In this document: one piece after another, positions 9,357 through 18,642 of the stretch
How the letters are laid out: the number at the start of each line of letters is the position of its first letter
How positions within the stretch are numbered: position 1 is the stretch's first letter
Assembly (NCBI GenBank): GCA_964411555.1
Contig: CAYPLF010000006.1
Span: 2,227-66,226 of the forward strand
Direction: 5' to 3'
From: an uncultured Bacteroidales bacterium
GTDB lineage: Bacteria; Bacteroidota; Bacteroidia; Bacteroidales; UBA1402
Length of the DNA stretch: 64,000 bases
Notes under the pieces: model-generated
The model's database searches: none
What the model was told of the DNA's origin: nothing
The model's input: the letters and a program-made list of their open reading frames with translations, nothing else
Made by a program: the position numbers and the translations under genes

Positions 9357-11410
9357 GTCCAACCCTCTGTTTTAAACGCTGGTCCCGAAAAAACTACGCT
9401 GTTTTTGCCAGCTTACATCGTGTGGTCAAGATAGGGGTTGTGACATTTTCCTGTTCCCTGATTCAGGAACGCTACCAACCTGTCTTTGCACAACTGGATA
9501 CGGCAACTCACTTCAGTGAAGAAGCAACACTCGACGAGGTGGAAATATCCGCCAGTCAGCCTCTTCTCTGGACATCGCTGCCCTTTGTCCTTTCCACCGT
9601 CGAACAAAAAGACATTGCGGCGGCGCCTGCTGCCGATTTGGACGAGGTACTGGAACGCCTTCCCGGCGTGGATATCAGACAACGAAGCCCGGACGGCGTT
9701 CAAGCCGACATCAGTCTGAACGGTGGTTCATTCGATCAAGTCCTTATCCTGCTCAATGGTGTCAACATCACCGATCCCCAAACAGGGCACTTCAACCTGG
9801 ATATCCCCATCGATCTAAGTCAAATCAAACGCATTGAGGTTGTGCGTGGTTCAGCCGCCGGCATACTTGGTTCAAACGCGTTTTCCGGTGCCATCAACCT
9901 GATTACGGTCCCATCTTCCTTAAAGAATGGTTTCTCCGGAAAAGTTGAACTGGGCACAGGTAGTTTCAGACGTCTACAAGCCGGAGCAGAATTGAACCAT
10001 ACCTCAGACCGGTTGTCGCTTACCGGTACTGCTTCGTTTAAAACCAGTGATGGGCATGACACCAATACCGATTACCGTATTGAAAACGGTACGTTTTTGG
10101 CCGGTTACCAGCATCCTTCGATGGGAAAGTTTTTGCTTCAAATGGGATGTCGGAACAAAGAGTATGGAGCCAACAGTTTTTACAGCCTGGCTTATCCTCT
10201 TCAGTTTGAAGCAACCACAACGCTGTATTCTGCTTTGACCTGGGAAAAATCAACCGGTCACCATTACTTGCTGGCGCAGGCATACCGCCGTAGTCACCAC
10301 GACCGCTTTGAATTGTTCAGGGATGGTAAAAACGCAGCTTCGTGGTACTCAGGGCACAATTACCACCTCTCCGATGTAAGCGGCGGCAAGTTTACCCTGA
10401 CCAAAAGCAACACCAATTTCTATAGCCTGCTTGGCATTGAATTTCGCAATGAGCACATTTTCAGCAATGTACTTGGTGAAGCGTTGATCCCAAACAAACC
10501 AGACCCCTTTGATGCAGTTGCCGTTTTTACCAAGGCCAAAAACAGGAGCACGTTCAGCGGTATCACACACCAACGTATCCAGCTTGATAAGGTACAATTT
10601 TCACTCGGCGCCACACTGAATATCACACCAGGCATTGGATTTTATTGGCAAGGTGGTGTGGATGGTTTGTATCAGATAAACAAGAGCTCAACCGCTTCCG
10701 TTTCCCTGAACAGGTCATTGCGATTACCCACGTTTACCGATTTATACTACCAAAGTGCCACCCAGCGCAGCAATCCGGCCCTTAGACCGGAAGAAGCGCT
10801 GACAATAAACGGACAACTGGAATGGAAAAACAACGTCTCCAGGTTTTCACTCAATGGTTTTCATCGTTGGGGAAAAGGCCTGATTGACTGGGTCAGGCAC
10901 CCGGATTCACTGAGATGGGAAAGCCAAAACCTTACTGCCGTTCAAGCCACAGGTGTTTCGTTGGAAGGGGGATGGCATCCTTATGTAAAAGGGGGATGGC
11001 ATCCTTTGATCAAAGGATGCCATCCCTTAAGTTTTGTAGCCAATTACACGGTGTTATTTATGGACAAATCAGCCCAAGGCTTTGATTCCAAATATGCCCT
11101 GGATTACCTGAAACATAAACTTACGCTCAAGGCTACCGGATTACTGCTTGAAACCAAACAGCTGGGACAAGTGTCGATGGTGATTGATGCCGGTTTCTAT
11201 GTCCGATCGGGTACCTATTCGGTTCCGGGAATAACCGGATTAATAAAGTATGAACCTTATTGGTTGGCCGATTCTCGCGTGAAGTGGACAAGGAACGGCC
11301 TATCCATTTACGTTGATGCGTATAACCTGTTCAATGTACCATACACCGATTTCGGAGGGCTTTCACAACCGGGTCTGAACCTCAGAACCGGTCTAAGTGT
11401 TTCGTTTTAA
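9353..11410 (+). CDS. TonB-dependent outer-membrane receptor (plug plus beta-barrel)
   Basis: Plug motifs ([44 protein letters not shown]) and a C-terminal barrel ending in ..GLSVSF. The start at [13 protein letters not shown] was chosen because of its ATGA overlap with the upstream small ORF; the alternative is 9332. Confidence 0.9.
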   Translation: MSPTLCFKRWSRKNYAVFASLHRVVKIGVVTFSCSLIQERYQPVFAQLDTATHFSEEATLDEVEISASQPLLWTSLPFVLSTVEQKDIAAAPAADLDEVLERLPGVDIRQRSPDGVQADISLNGGSFDQVLILLNGVNITDPQTGHFNLDIPIDLSQIKRIEVVRGSAAGILGSNAFSGAINLITVPSSLKNGFSGKVELGTGSFRRLQAGAELNHTSDRLSLTGTASFKTSDGHDTNTDYRIENGTFLAGYQHPSMGKFLLQMGCRNKEYGANSFYSLAYPLQFEATTTLYSALTWEKSTGHHYLLAQAYRRSHHDRFELFRDGKNAASWYSGHNYHLSDVSGGKFTLTKSNTNFYSLLGIEFRNEHIFSNVLGEALIPNKPDPFDAVAVFTKAKNRSTFSGITHQRIQLDKVQFSLGATLNITPGIGFYWQGGVDGLYQINKSSTASVSLNRSLRLPTFTDLYYQSATQRSNPALRPEEALTINGQLEWKNNVSRFSLNGFHRWGKGLIDWVRHPDSLRWESQNLTAVQATGVSLEGGWHPYVKGGWHPLIKGCHPLSFVANYTVLFMDKSAQGFDSKYALDYLKHKLTLKATGLLLETKQLGQVSMVIDAGFYVRSGTYSVPGITGLIKYEPYWLADSRVKWTRNGLSIYVDAYNLFNVPYTDFGGLSQPGLNLRTGLSVSF
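10965..11026. repeat. In-frame 18-nt direct repeat (24-nt period) plus a 34-nt perfect palindrome centred on GATC
   Basis: AAGGGGGATGGCATCCTT occurs at 10965-10982 and again at 10989-11006. Positions 10993-11026 (GGGATGGCATCCTTTGATCAAAGGATGCCATCCC) equal their own reverse complement. The segment encodes [20 protein letters not shown]. Confidence 0.9.
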
Positions 11411-11411
11411 C

Positions 11412-12434
11412 TCAATTCCCTTCGATGATGTCAATGGCTGCCTCGATCAAGGTATCGAAGCCATTGGCTTGATCGGTGGAATCCATCATGACAGAGACAT
11501 CGGGATCAATACCCCATTCGGTATGCTGCATATCGGCATCGTACATAGGACAGGCAGAAAAACGAACCATCCACCCAATGGGTAGCTCATTCGAAAGAGG
11601 CATACCTCCCCCTCCTCCTGTCCGGTCTCCCAGAACGGTGGCGTTTGGGGCTAGTTTCATCCTGCTGACAAATGAATTGGTTGCACTGTAAGACATGCGG
11701 TTTGCCAGTACAACCACCGGTTTTGTCCAACGCAGGGCAGAATCGGCTGCCGGAGTATAGACGGCTACCGGTTGGGAAAATTCAGAATGTCCGTCTCCTG
11801 TTTTGTGGCTAAGATAGCCGGTCAACGTCCTTACCTGCATGAAATAGGAGGCCAATTGTTCAGCCAAAGACAACGATCCTCCACCATTGTCGCGAACATC
11901 CACAATCAAGCCATCGCACGAAGCAAAAGCTTGGAATATGTGGCGAATATTGGCATGGGTAAACGTATTGGAAAAACTGCCGTAATACATGTATCCAATC
12001 TTTCCTCCGTCCAACAAAGCATAGTCAATGCCACCTGCCATACGGTAGTTTCTTCCCAAATACCTGTCTGAAAGCAGCAATTCATTGTTGAAATTTGAGG
12101 GGTAATCCAGAAACCAGGACCAGTAACGGCTTCTGTCAAACGTAGAATATAGGTTTACATGTCCATCTTTCAGTGTGTTGAGCATAGAAGCAAATAAGTC
12201 AAACAATTCCACTTCGTTTTGTACAGAATCGAGTTGTTGGTGATACACGACATACACGGAATCCCAGTTCACTTGTTTGTAGTCCAGGTAGCAATAACGA
12301 GTATCTACCATGTGCCATAAGGCATCAAAGTTGCCTTCTTTTGTGTTTGGATAGGGTTCAGGCTCTTCCAAACAAGCACTGAATAGAGGAACCATCAGTG
12401 CGACGAGTATCAAGGTGACAAATCGGTTGTTCAT
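11412..12434 (-). CDS. S41-family peptidase lipoprotein
   Basis: 340 aa with a lipoprotein signal (..LFSAC) and the S41 motifs VDVRDNGGGSLSLAEQL and RMSYSATNSF. Confidence 0.85.
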   Translation of the reverse strand: MNNRFVTLILVALMVPLFSACLEEPEPYPNTKEGNFDALWHMVDTRYCYLDYKQVNWDSVYVVYHQQLDSVQNEVELFDLFASMLNTLKDGHVNLYSTFDRSRYWSWFLDYPSNFNNELLLSDRYLGRNYRMAGGIDYALLDGGKIGYMYYGSFSNTFTHANIRHIFQAFASCDGLIVDVRDNGGGSLSLAEQLASYFMQVRTLTGYLSHKTGDGHSEFSQPVAVYTPAADSALRWTKPVVVLANRMSYSATNSFVSRMKLAPNATVLGDRTGGGGGMPLSNELPIGWMVRFSACPMYDADMQHTEWGIDPDVSVMMDSTDQANGFDTLIEAAIDIIEGN

Positions 12435-12448
12435 AACTGGTGAGCAGA

Positions 12449-13300
12449 TTATCGATCAAGAGATATAAATGAAGCGGGATCTGGATGAGATGCACCTGTA
12501 AACAGCATCAAATCAAACGTGCATCCACCCTGAAATGACCAGTTTTCTTGTTCAAACAGCATGTCATTTGCCTTAAAAAGAGCATATTGGTTCATCACGC
12601 CCAACGATAAGGTTAGGAAACTCAAGGGTATATCTACTGTAAATTGACCCGTCCATGCTTTTTTGTTGTGAAACGAGGTAACGTGAATGGCATCATCATA
12701 CTGTCCATACGATAGCATCTCATAATATGAAATACCTCTGACAGGCGCAAACTGTACACCCACAAAAGGAATCCTCAGACTTGTCTTCAAGCGTATTTGT
12801 TGGGTTCTAAAAGGAATATCGTATGTTAGATTTCCAGCCAACTGTACATCTCCCAGCAAATCAACATTCATGGGATTGTTCGTATTTCTGGATTGCATCC
12901 GAAAACCGGCACCTGCACCTATCATTGGACCGAATGCTGCCTTGAAACCATAAATGGGTGATAGCGGGAACAACATCCCCCATGCATAGCGCACATCGGC
13001 ATAGTCAATAGAGGCACTCCGGGCCCTATTATTGACAGATGCGACAACTACACCAAAATCTTGTTGATAAAAACGTGCCGTGGTACGATTTGATGGGTAG
13101 CGGGCCGTTGAATGATTGTACTGCACACCCAGTCCATCGTACATTTCGGCAGACAGGTAATCGTCATACAACGACAGGGATGAAACACCAGCCATGGAAC
13201 GATGAGCGGTAGTCACCCTTCTGGCTTCCGGTTGCATGGAATAAGCGCCTCCCGTAAATACGGCCATAAAGGCCAATAAGACATACAGTTTAGGATACAT
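12449..13300 (-). CDS. Putative outer-membrane beta-barrel protein of unknown function (from memory resembles the DUF3316 family)
   Basis: 283 aa with a signal peptide and alternating amphipathic strands. It lies 14 nt upstream of the S41 peptidase gene on the same strand. Confidence 0.6.
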   Translation of the reverse strand: MYPKLYVLLAFMAVFTGGAYSMQPEARRVTTAHRSMAGVSSLSLYDDYLSAEMYDGLGVQYNHSTARYPSNRTTARFYQQDFGVVVASVNNRARSASIDYADVRYAWGMLFPLSPIYGFKAAFGPMIGAGAGFRMQSRNTNNPMNVDLLGDVQLAGNLTYDIPFRTQQIRLKTSLRIPFVGVQFAPVRGISYYEMLSYGQYDDAIHVTSFHNKKAWTGQFTVDIPLSFLTLSLGVMNQYALFKANDMLFEQENWSFQGGCTFDLMLFTGASHPDPASFISLDR

Positions 13301-13336
13301 CGGTAACGTTTTCGCAAAGATATAAAAAAGAAAAAA

Positions 13337-13356
13337 AGGCGCCCGAAATCGGACGC
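13337..13356 (-). terminator. Rho-independent terminator downstream of the large T9SS gene
   Basis: Hairpin GGCGCCCGAAATCGGACGCC flanked by an A-run and a T-run, so it could act in either direction. Confidence 0.6.
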
Positions 13357-13381
13357 CTTTTTAATATAGTGTTTAATCGGA

Positions 13382-16300
13382 TTACTTAACAAGTTGTTTG
13401 ATCACCTCGTTGTTAATCTTGATTACGTACATACCCTTGCTAACCTTGATCTGTGAAGGATTCTTCACGCTGATCTGACGACCGGCGATATCATAAACCG
13501 ATACGCGATCGTTGGCGGTCAAGTTGTTGATGTAGATAACGCCATCCTTAGCATAAGTATTGAAGGAACTGGTTTTTGAAACAGCATCCCTGATACCTAC
13601 AACCCTGCTTGCGTATGGTTGCAACACAAGTGTAAAGTTGTCGACATCAATGTCACCGGAAGACTTAAGACCGAGATCGATTTGATCGGTAATACCAGCT
13701 CTAAGATTCATTTCCAGTACATTCCAACCTGTATTTATCAACGTATCGACAGCAGTCATCAGCTTGATACTTTCCTTGGTCTGACGACCAACATTGGCAA
13801 ACAAGCGTGCATCACTCTTTTGAGCAGAATCCGTGCGAACGACAGCACTGAGTTTGTAAATACCGGAAGTAGGAGCATAAATGGTCTGAGTCAGTTGTAC
13901 ATTGGTAAGGGTATCTGCTTTCAAACGATAGGCATTCGTACCTTCGCTGGCACCGGTAGCAAGAATATTGATGCTTGCATTGTTGGCAGGAGCTTTGGCA
14001 GTTGCCAATACTGTCCATTCTTTCGGAGCAAATACGTCACCGGCTTCAGCCGTCAGATTTGTTCCGGTAGCAAAACCTTCAAGTTCAGCAGTCCTGGCAC
14101 CGGTTTCAAATCCTGCATTCTTGATGTAAGAAGTAACATCATCCAAAGCCGGTTCGCTTGTACCATAGTATGCCAACCTCATGTCGTCAATCTTCATGAT
14201 GGCGCTATCAGTACGGAAGCCGAATTGTACCTTTTGAGCGGTAGGCAATTGGAACTTGATGAACATTCTCTTGTATGCGGGAAGATTCCAACCATATCCA
14301 CCTTCATAGGCAATACCCGGCTTGTCTGCTTCCAACGTGTCAGATTTGTAATGGATACTGTCCTTCAACGGATAAGCGAAGATGTGTTGACCACCTACAC
14401 TTCCATTCATACCACGGATGGCACCAGAAACAACATACCAACCAGCGGGCAATTCTTCAACTGTATTCTGATACATTTGAGCCCTATAGATGGCTTTTGC
14501 ATCACCAGACCACATTTCAAAGTCACTGTTCAAATGCAAAGGATTGTCAGCATTTGTTACGATATAACCTTTCGTGTAGGTACCACTCTTGGCATTGTAC
14601 AACAGTGTCCATCCCTTTGGTAATTTTACATCGGGACCACCACTTGTCTTAGGATCCTTCTTGCCTCCTGTGCCTTCTTCAAAGCTAGGATTAGCAAGCA
14701 TGAACGTATAGTTGGCCGGTTTGTTGGCAGCAGCAACCTGTGATTTTTGGTATTCCAACACAGCTGCATCCAATTCTGTGAAATATTCGGTTAGAACTAT
14801 GAAATTATCGTAGTCTGCTTTAACCGCTGCAATTACAGCTTCCAAATCAGCCAGACCCGGGTAATCCAATGCTCTTTCGTCATCAAACGAAGCCAAAACC
14901 TTACCCATCTTTATCCAGTCGGCAGACAAAGTCTTGTATGCAGCAGTCCTCTTCACCAAAGAGTCTACTGTAGCCTGTGACGGATTTCTGCTGGTAGAAT
15001 CAGCAACAGCCTGTGCGTAATCAGCCAGCAATTGTGTGTGAATATCGGTCAAGTAGCCGATAGCCAGCGTCTTGCGAGCATCATCCATTGCAGGCAACAA
15101 AGCCAAGTATGCAGGAATATTGTAGTTGGTGTTATCCATGGCAATATCCAAGTTTTCAATGTTATCCGTAATGGCGAAGTAAGAATCACATTCCTCGGGA
15201 GCAATACTGAATGACATGAAGCGGAATCCCCACAACATGGTGTTCTTTGCACTAATCCTGTCATTTTTAATATTACCACCCAAGCGGTTGTACCATGTTC
15301 CCGTACGTCCTGCTACATTTGAATTCTTAATCAATTTTTCCTTCGGAGCAGGCATGGTACCCGTAGCAACCTGAACACCGTCAACGAGGAGGTATCCAAC
15401 ACCCTTTGTTTGTGTATAGGTGATATTGTGCCACGTGTTGCCGAGCGGAGTCTTTCCAGCACCCCACTTGAGCGCGTTGGTTCCGGTTGTTTCAGTAGCG
15501 GCATCGAGAATGGAAACATTACATTCATCGGGTTCGAAATACATGGCACCATAAGGTTGTTCACCCCACCATGTTGCTCCTCCTAAATTGGTCGTGTTAC
15601 TAAATGCCCAAAGTTGTTGTCCTTGATCAGACCAGGTTTTGTGGTCGATCGTGGTATCCCTGCGGTAATAAATACTGATCGTATGATCCCTCAATCTGAA
15701 GACAAAATCACCGATTTGCTTACCCAAGTCAAGGAATTGTTTGTTGGCACTGGAAGTAGCCCTGTTGTCAGAAACATAGACATTGAAGAAGTCAATACCT
15801 TCAATACCATCTTCGTTACCAATGGGCAGAATCTTAGCACCACCAACTGTGAATGCTTCAAACGCCAATTGGCCACCGTCTCTTACAAACAGAGTGTCAT
15901 TTCTTGTGAAGATGCTATCACTGGCAAATTCCATCCAAGCAAGGTCATTGATAGGATCCTGTGACGGATAAACAGACACAAAGAAATCTTTTTCAACCAT
16001 TGGGTATAACTTACCTGCAGGCACAATGGCGGCTGTAAGGTAAGCATCAGTAATGGCGATGTCACCGGCAACAGCGGTACCGTCTTTCTTGATAACGGTA
16101 GAGTCAGTAGTCGACCAGATAACATCAAAAGCGCCATCACCAAGGGTCAATGGCAATGGCAATTGTGTACCACCATCCATCTCTGTTCTTGATGCTTCGT
16201 CAATGACCAGGTTGGTCAATTCGGTTTTTTGAGCAGGAGTTACGCCCGACAATTCTTCGATATCAGTTTCTGTGAGTGCCCTGCTGTAAAAACGGAAATC

Positions 16301-16996
16301 ATCCACTTGAGCTTTAGGCGTTGGATCCGGCCATTGTGAATCGCCAAAATATGGGTGACTCAAATTGTTGCCAAGCATGTAAGGAGCAATCTTGAATTCG
16401 TTTGAAGTGACATTCAGCATACCATTGATGTACATCTTGATGGTAGCAAGCGTATCTTCACCTGTGATTGTGTATTCTCCGGTGATAGCCACGTGATTCC
16501 ACTTCTTGGTGGTCAAGGCTCTTTTAGCCTTTACCATGACCAAATCAACGTCATCATAATCAACATCCAGTTCAAAACGGAGGTAGTCACCTACGTCACC
16601 GTCTGTAGCAAGGAACATGTAATGATCCTGGTTGCTACCGAAGTCGAAAATACGTGACCATTTTACCAGCGTCTCTTGGTTGATCCAAAGTGCAACGGTA
16701 AAGTTGGTTACATCCTCAAAGATGTTAGCCGGTACACGGACAACTTTGTCTGTGTCGTTCAGCATGATGGAACTTCCGGTAGCGCCGTAACCGCTAACAA
16801 GTGGAATAGCCCCTTCAATGATACCATCCAGCCCGTTACCCGACTGGTCAGCAAAGTAGGGTACCTTTGCCTCAGTCGAATCGATCTGATCAAAGGTGTA
16901 GCGAACTCTTAGATTCGACGTAATGTCTGCAAACGCAAACGGTGTCGCCGAGGCTAAAAGGACAGCAAGCAGAAAAGAGTAAAGCTTCTTTTTCAT
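13382..16996 (-). CDS. Large secreted multidomain protein: two LamG/concanavalin-like domains, a helical region, CBM-like beta-sandwiches and a T9SS C-terminal sorting domain
   Basis: Trimmed to MKKKLYSFLLAVLLASATPFAFA (ATG at 16994-16996). It has the LamG hallmark DDFRFYSRALTETDI. The C-terminus ..VSVYDIAGRQISV...KGMYVIKINNEVIKQLVK is typical of a T9SS sorting domain. Confidence 0.85.
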   Translation of the reverse strand: MKKKLYSFLLAVLLASATPFAFADITSNLRVRYTFDQIDSTEAKVPYFADQSGNGLDGIIEGAIPLVSGYGATGSSIMLNDTDKVVRVPANIFEDVTNFTVALWINQETLVKWSRIFDFGSNQDHYMFLATDGDVGDYLRFELDVDYDDVDLVMVKAKRALTTKKWNHVAITGEYTITGEDTLATIKMYINGMLNVTSNEFKIAPYMLGNNLSHPYFGDSQWPDPTPKAQVDDFRFYSRALTETDIEELSGVTPAQKTELTNLVIDEASRTEMDGGTQLPLPLTLGDGAFDVIWSTTDSTVIKKDGTAVAGDIAITDAYLTAAIVPAGKLYPMVEKDFFVSVYPSQDPINDLAWMEFASDSIFTRNDTLFVRDGGQLAFEAFTVGGAKILPIGNEDGIEGIDFFNVYVSDNRATSSANKQFLDLGKQIGDFVFRLRDHTISIYYRRDTTIDHKTWSDQGQQLWAFSNTTNLGGATWWGEQPYGAMYFEPDECNVSILDAATETTGTNALKWGAGKTPLGNTWHNITYTQTKGVGYLLVDGVQVATGTMPAPKEKLIKNSNVAGRTGTWYNRLGGNIKNDRISAKNTMLWGFRFMSFSIAPEECDSYFAITDNIENLDIAMDNTNYNIPAYLALLPAMDDARKTLAIGYLTDIHTQLLADYAQAVADSTSRNPSQATVDSLVKRTAAYKTLSADWIKMGKVLASFDDERALDYPGLADLEAVIAAVKADYDNFIVLTEYFTELDAAVLEYQKSQVAAANKPANYTFMLANPSFEEGTGGKKDPKTSGGPDVKLPKGWTLLYNAKSGTYTKGYIVTNADNPLHLNSDFEMWSGDAKAIYRAQMYQNTVEELPAGWYVVSGAIRGMNGSVGGQHIFAYPLKDSIHYKSDTLEADKPGIAYEGGYGWNLPAYKRMFIKFQLPTAQKVQFGFRTDSAIMKIDDMRLAYYGTSEPALDDVTSYIKNAGFETGARTAELEGFATGTNLTAEAGDVFAPKEWTVLATAKAPANNASINILATGASEGTNAYRLKADTLTNVQLTQTIYAPTSGIYKLSAVVRTDSAQKSDARLFANVGRQTKESIKLMTAVDTLINTGWNVLEMNLRAGITDQIDLGLKSSGDIDVDNFTLVLQPYASRVVGIRDAVSKTSSFNTYAKDGVIYINNLTANDRVSVYDIAGRQISVKNPSQIKVSKGMYVIKINNEVIKQLVK

Positions 16997-17352
16997 GTTA
17001 CTTTTCTTTTGGTTAATAATAGAGTTGTCGATAGTATTGTGCAGAGAACAATAATCCAAGCCCATGAGTGTGGCTTACCGAATACGTGCCAAGGAGTGGA
17101 GGCACGGTGCCGAATTGGTTTTTCAACAGTTTCTTATTCATGGTATCACACGCTTGAAGTGCCAAATCAGGCGAAAAACGCCTTCACAAAACGCCCCAAG
17201 ACGCGGTAAAGATAGCTAATTTTTCAGACTTCCAAAAAAAACACCCGAAAAAACACGGTTATCAGAAAAAACAAATGGGGTTAAAAATCGTTAATCCTGA
17301 AAATAACCACCTTACTGAAAATTCGTATGAACGCACTGTCTGAAGAGTGGAA

Positions 17353-18561
17353 TCAACGTAACTTGTTTCGTTTAAAGTGAGGACCTGCCAATAGGAAAAA
17401 CAACAGCAACGACATCAGCACAAAAACCCCTCCTATGAGAAAGGCGATGTGGTAACCCGACTCTTGCCCTATACGACCACCCGCAACCAAACCCAATCCG
17501 ATTCCCACATCCCAGGTGGTCAGATAAGTAGAACTAGCCGTTGCACGTCGGTTGTGCGGGGCCAAATCAACAAACAAGGAGTTGTAGGCTGGAAACAAGG
17601 TACCATACCCCATACCCAGCAAAAAAGCACATATATAAAATATGGTATCCACACGACAATTGATCAGGGTATTCCCTGTTATGCCCAGAGACGAAAACAA
17701 CAGAAGAGCCAGCAAGGCAATCACCGTACCTGCGATAATCACGGCTGTAGTCTTTCCTTTATCAACGAAGGTGCCAGCGTACGTTCTGGACAGAATCAAG
17801 CCCACCGCCATCAGCGAAAAAAAAAGTCCAAGGTTGCCTGAAATGTTCAATTCCTGTGCATAGAGTGTCATGTACGAAGTCAGCATACCATAAGGCATTC
17901 CCAACAACATCAGGCAAAAGCCGGCCAACAAGCCCTTGGTCAGAAAAAAACGGTCTAGAGACAGCGGTTCGGCTGCCTGCCTGACCCTTACCGGCGTTTT
18001 GATTTGAATGGCCAGCAACAAGCCTGCAACTCCACACCCGAAGGCGGTCAGTATGACAACCTGCCAGGATTCGAAAGCTTCATGGAGCATCAAGCCCAAC
18101 ATGGGCCCCAAGGCCATGGCCAGACTCGAAGCGATGCCGAAGTACCCCAATCCTTCTCCACGACGCGAGGCAGGCATGATATCGACAATGATGGTGTTGT
18201 TGGCCGTAGTCACCACACCGAACGCCATCCCGTGCAACACCCGCAACAAGGCAAACATCAGCAACGATGCCGCCACGGAGTAGCCTAAAAACAACAGGAC
18301 AAACGTAGCAAATGATAGAATATAAACGGGTTTCCTGTCGTATTTATCCAATATGAAACCGGAAAACGGCCTGACCATGAGGGCTGCCAATGTGTACAAA
18401 GCCAGTACAACGCCGACAACCCCTCCGGATGCACCGAATGCATCAATCAGGTAAAGCGGCAGAACGGGCATCAGCATGTAGAAACCCAGAAAAAGTAAAA
18501 AATTACCGCCGCTTGCAAATAGAAAACTGGGGGTAAAAAGCTTGGGAGAATGGGATACCAT
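17353..18561 (-). CDS. MFS transporter
   Basis: Trimmed to MVSHSPKLFTPSF.. (ATG at 18559-18561). About 12 TM helices. The untrimmed ORF would overlap dnaG. Confidence 0.9.
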   Translation of the reverse strand: MVSHSPKLFTPSFLFASGGNFLLFLGFYMLMPVLPLYLIDAFGASGGVVGVVLALYTLAALMVRPFSGFILDKYDRKPVYILSFATFVLLFLGYSVAASLLMFALLRVLHGMAFGVVTTANNTIIVDIMPASRRGEGLGYFGIASSLAMALGPMLGLMLHEAFESWQVVILTAFGCGVAGLLLAIQIKTPVRVRQAAEPLSLDRFFLTKGLLAGFCLMLLGMPYGMLTSYMTLYAQELNISGNLGLFFSLMAVGLILSRTYAGTFVDKGKTTAVIIAGTVIALLALLLFSSLGITGNTLINCRVDTIFYICAFLLGMGYGTLFPAYNSLFVDLAPHNRRATASSTYLTTWDVGIGLGLVAGGRIGQESGYHIAFLIGGVFVLMSLLLFFLLAGPHFKRNKLR

Positions 18562-18606
18562 TCGATGAGGTTTGGTTAACAATGCATAACATCTTTCAGG
18601 ACCATG

Positions 18607-18614
18607 CAAAGATA
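18607..18614 (-). promoter_or_regulatory. Bacteroidota -7 promoter box (TATCTTTG) for the MFS gene
   Basis: The plus strand reads CAAAGATA. It lies 46 nt upstream of the ATG at 18561. Confidence 0.5.
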
Positions 18615-18642
18615 CGATTTTCTTTAGTACCTTCGCATCTGA

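Noticed and set aside
11408-11414. Convergent receptor and S41 peptidase stop codons 1 nt apart with no terminator hairpin
   Set aside because: It is real in the sequence, but tight convergent packing is common in compact bacterial genomes. There is no additional structure to interpret.
13619-14623. 334-aa ORF on the plus strand opposite the giant T9SS gene
   Set aside because: It lies entirely antisense to a strongly supported 1204-aa gene. It has low-complexity, Cys/Ile-rich composition, no recognisable motifs and no promoter box. This is a typical shadow ORF.
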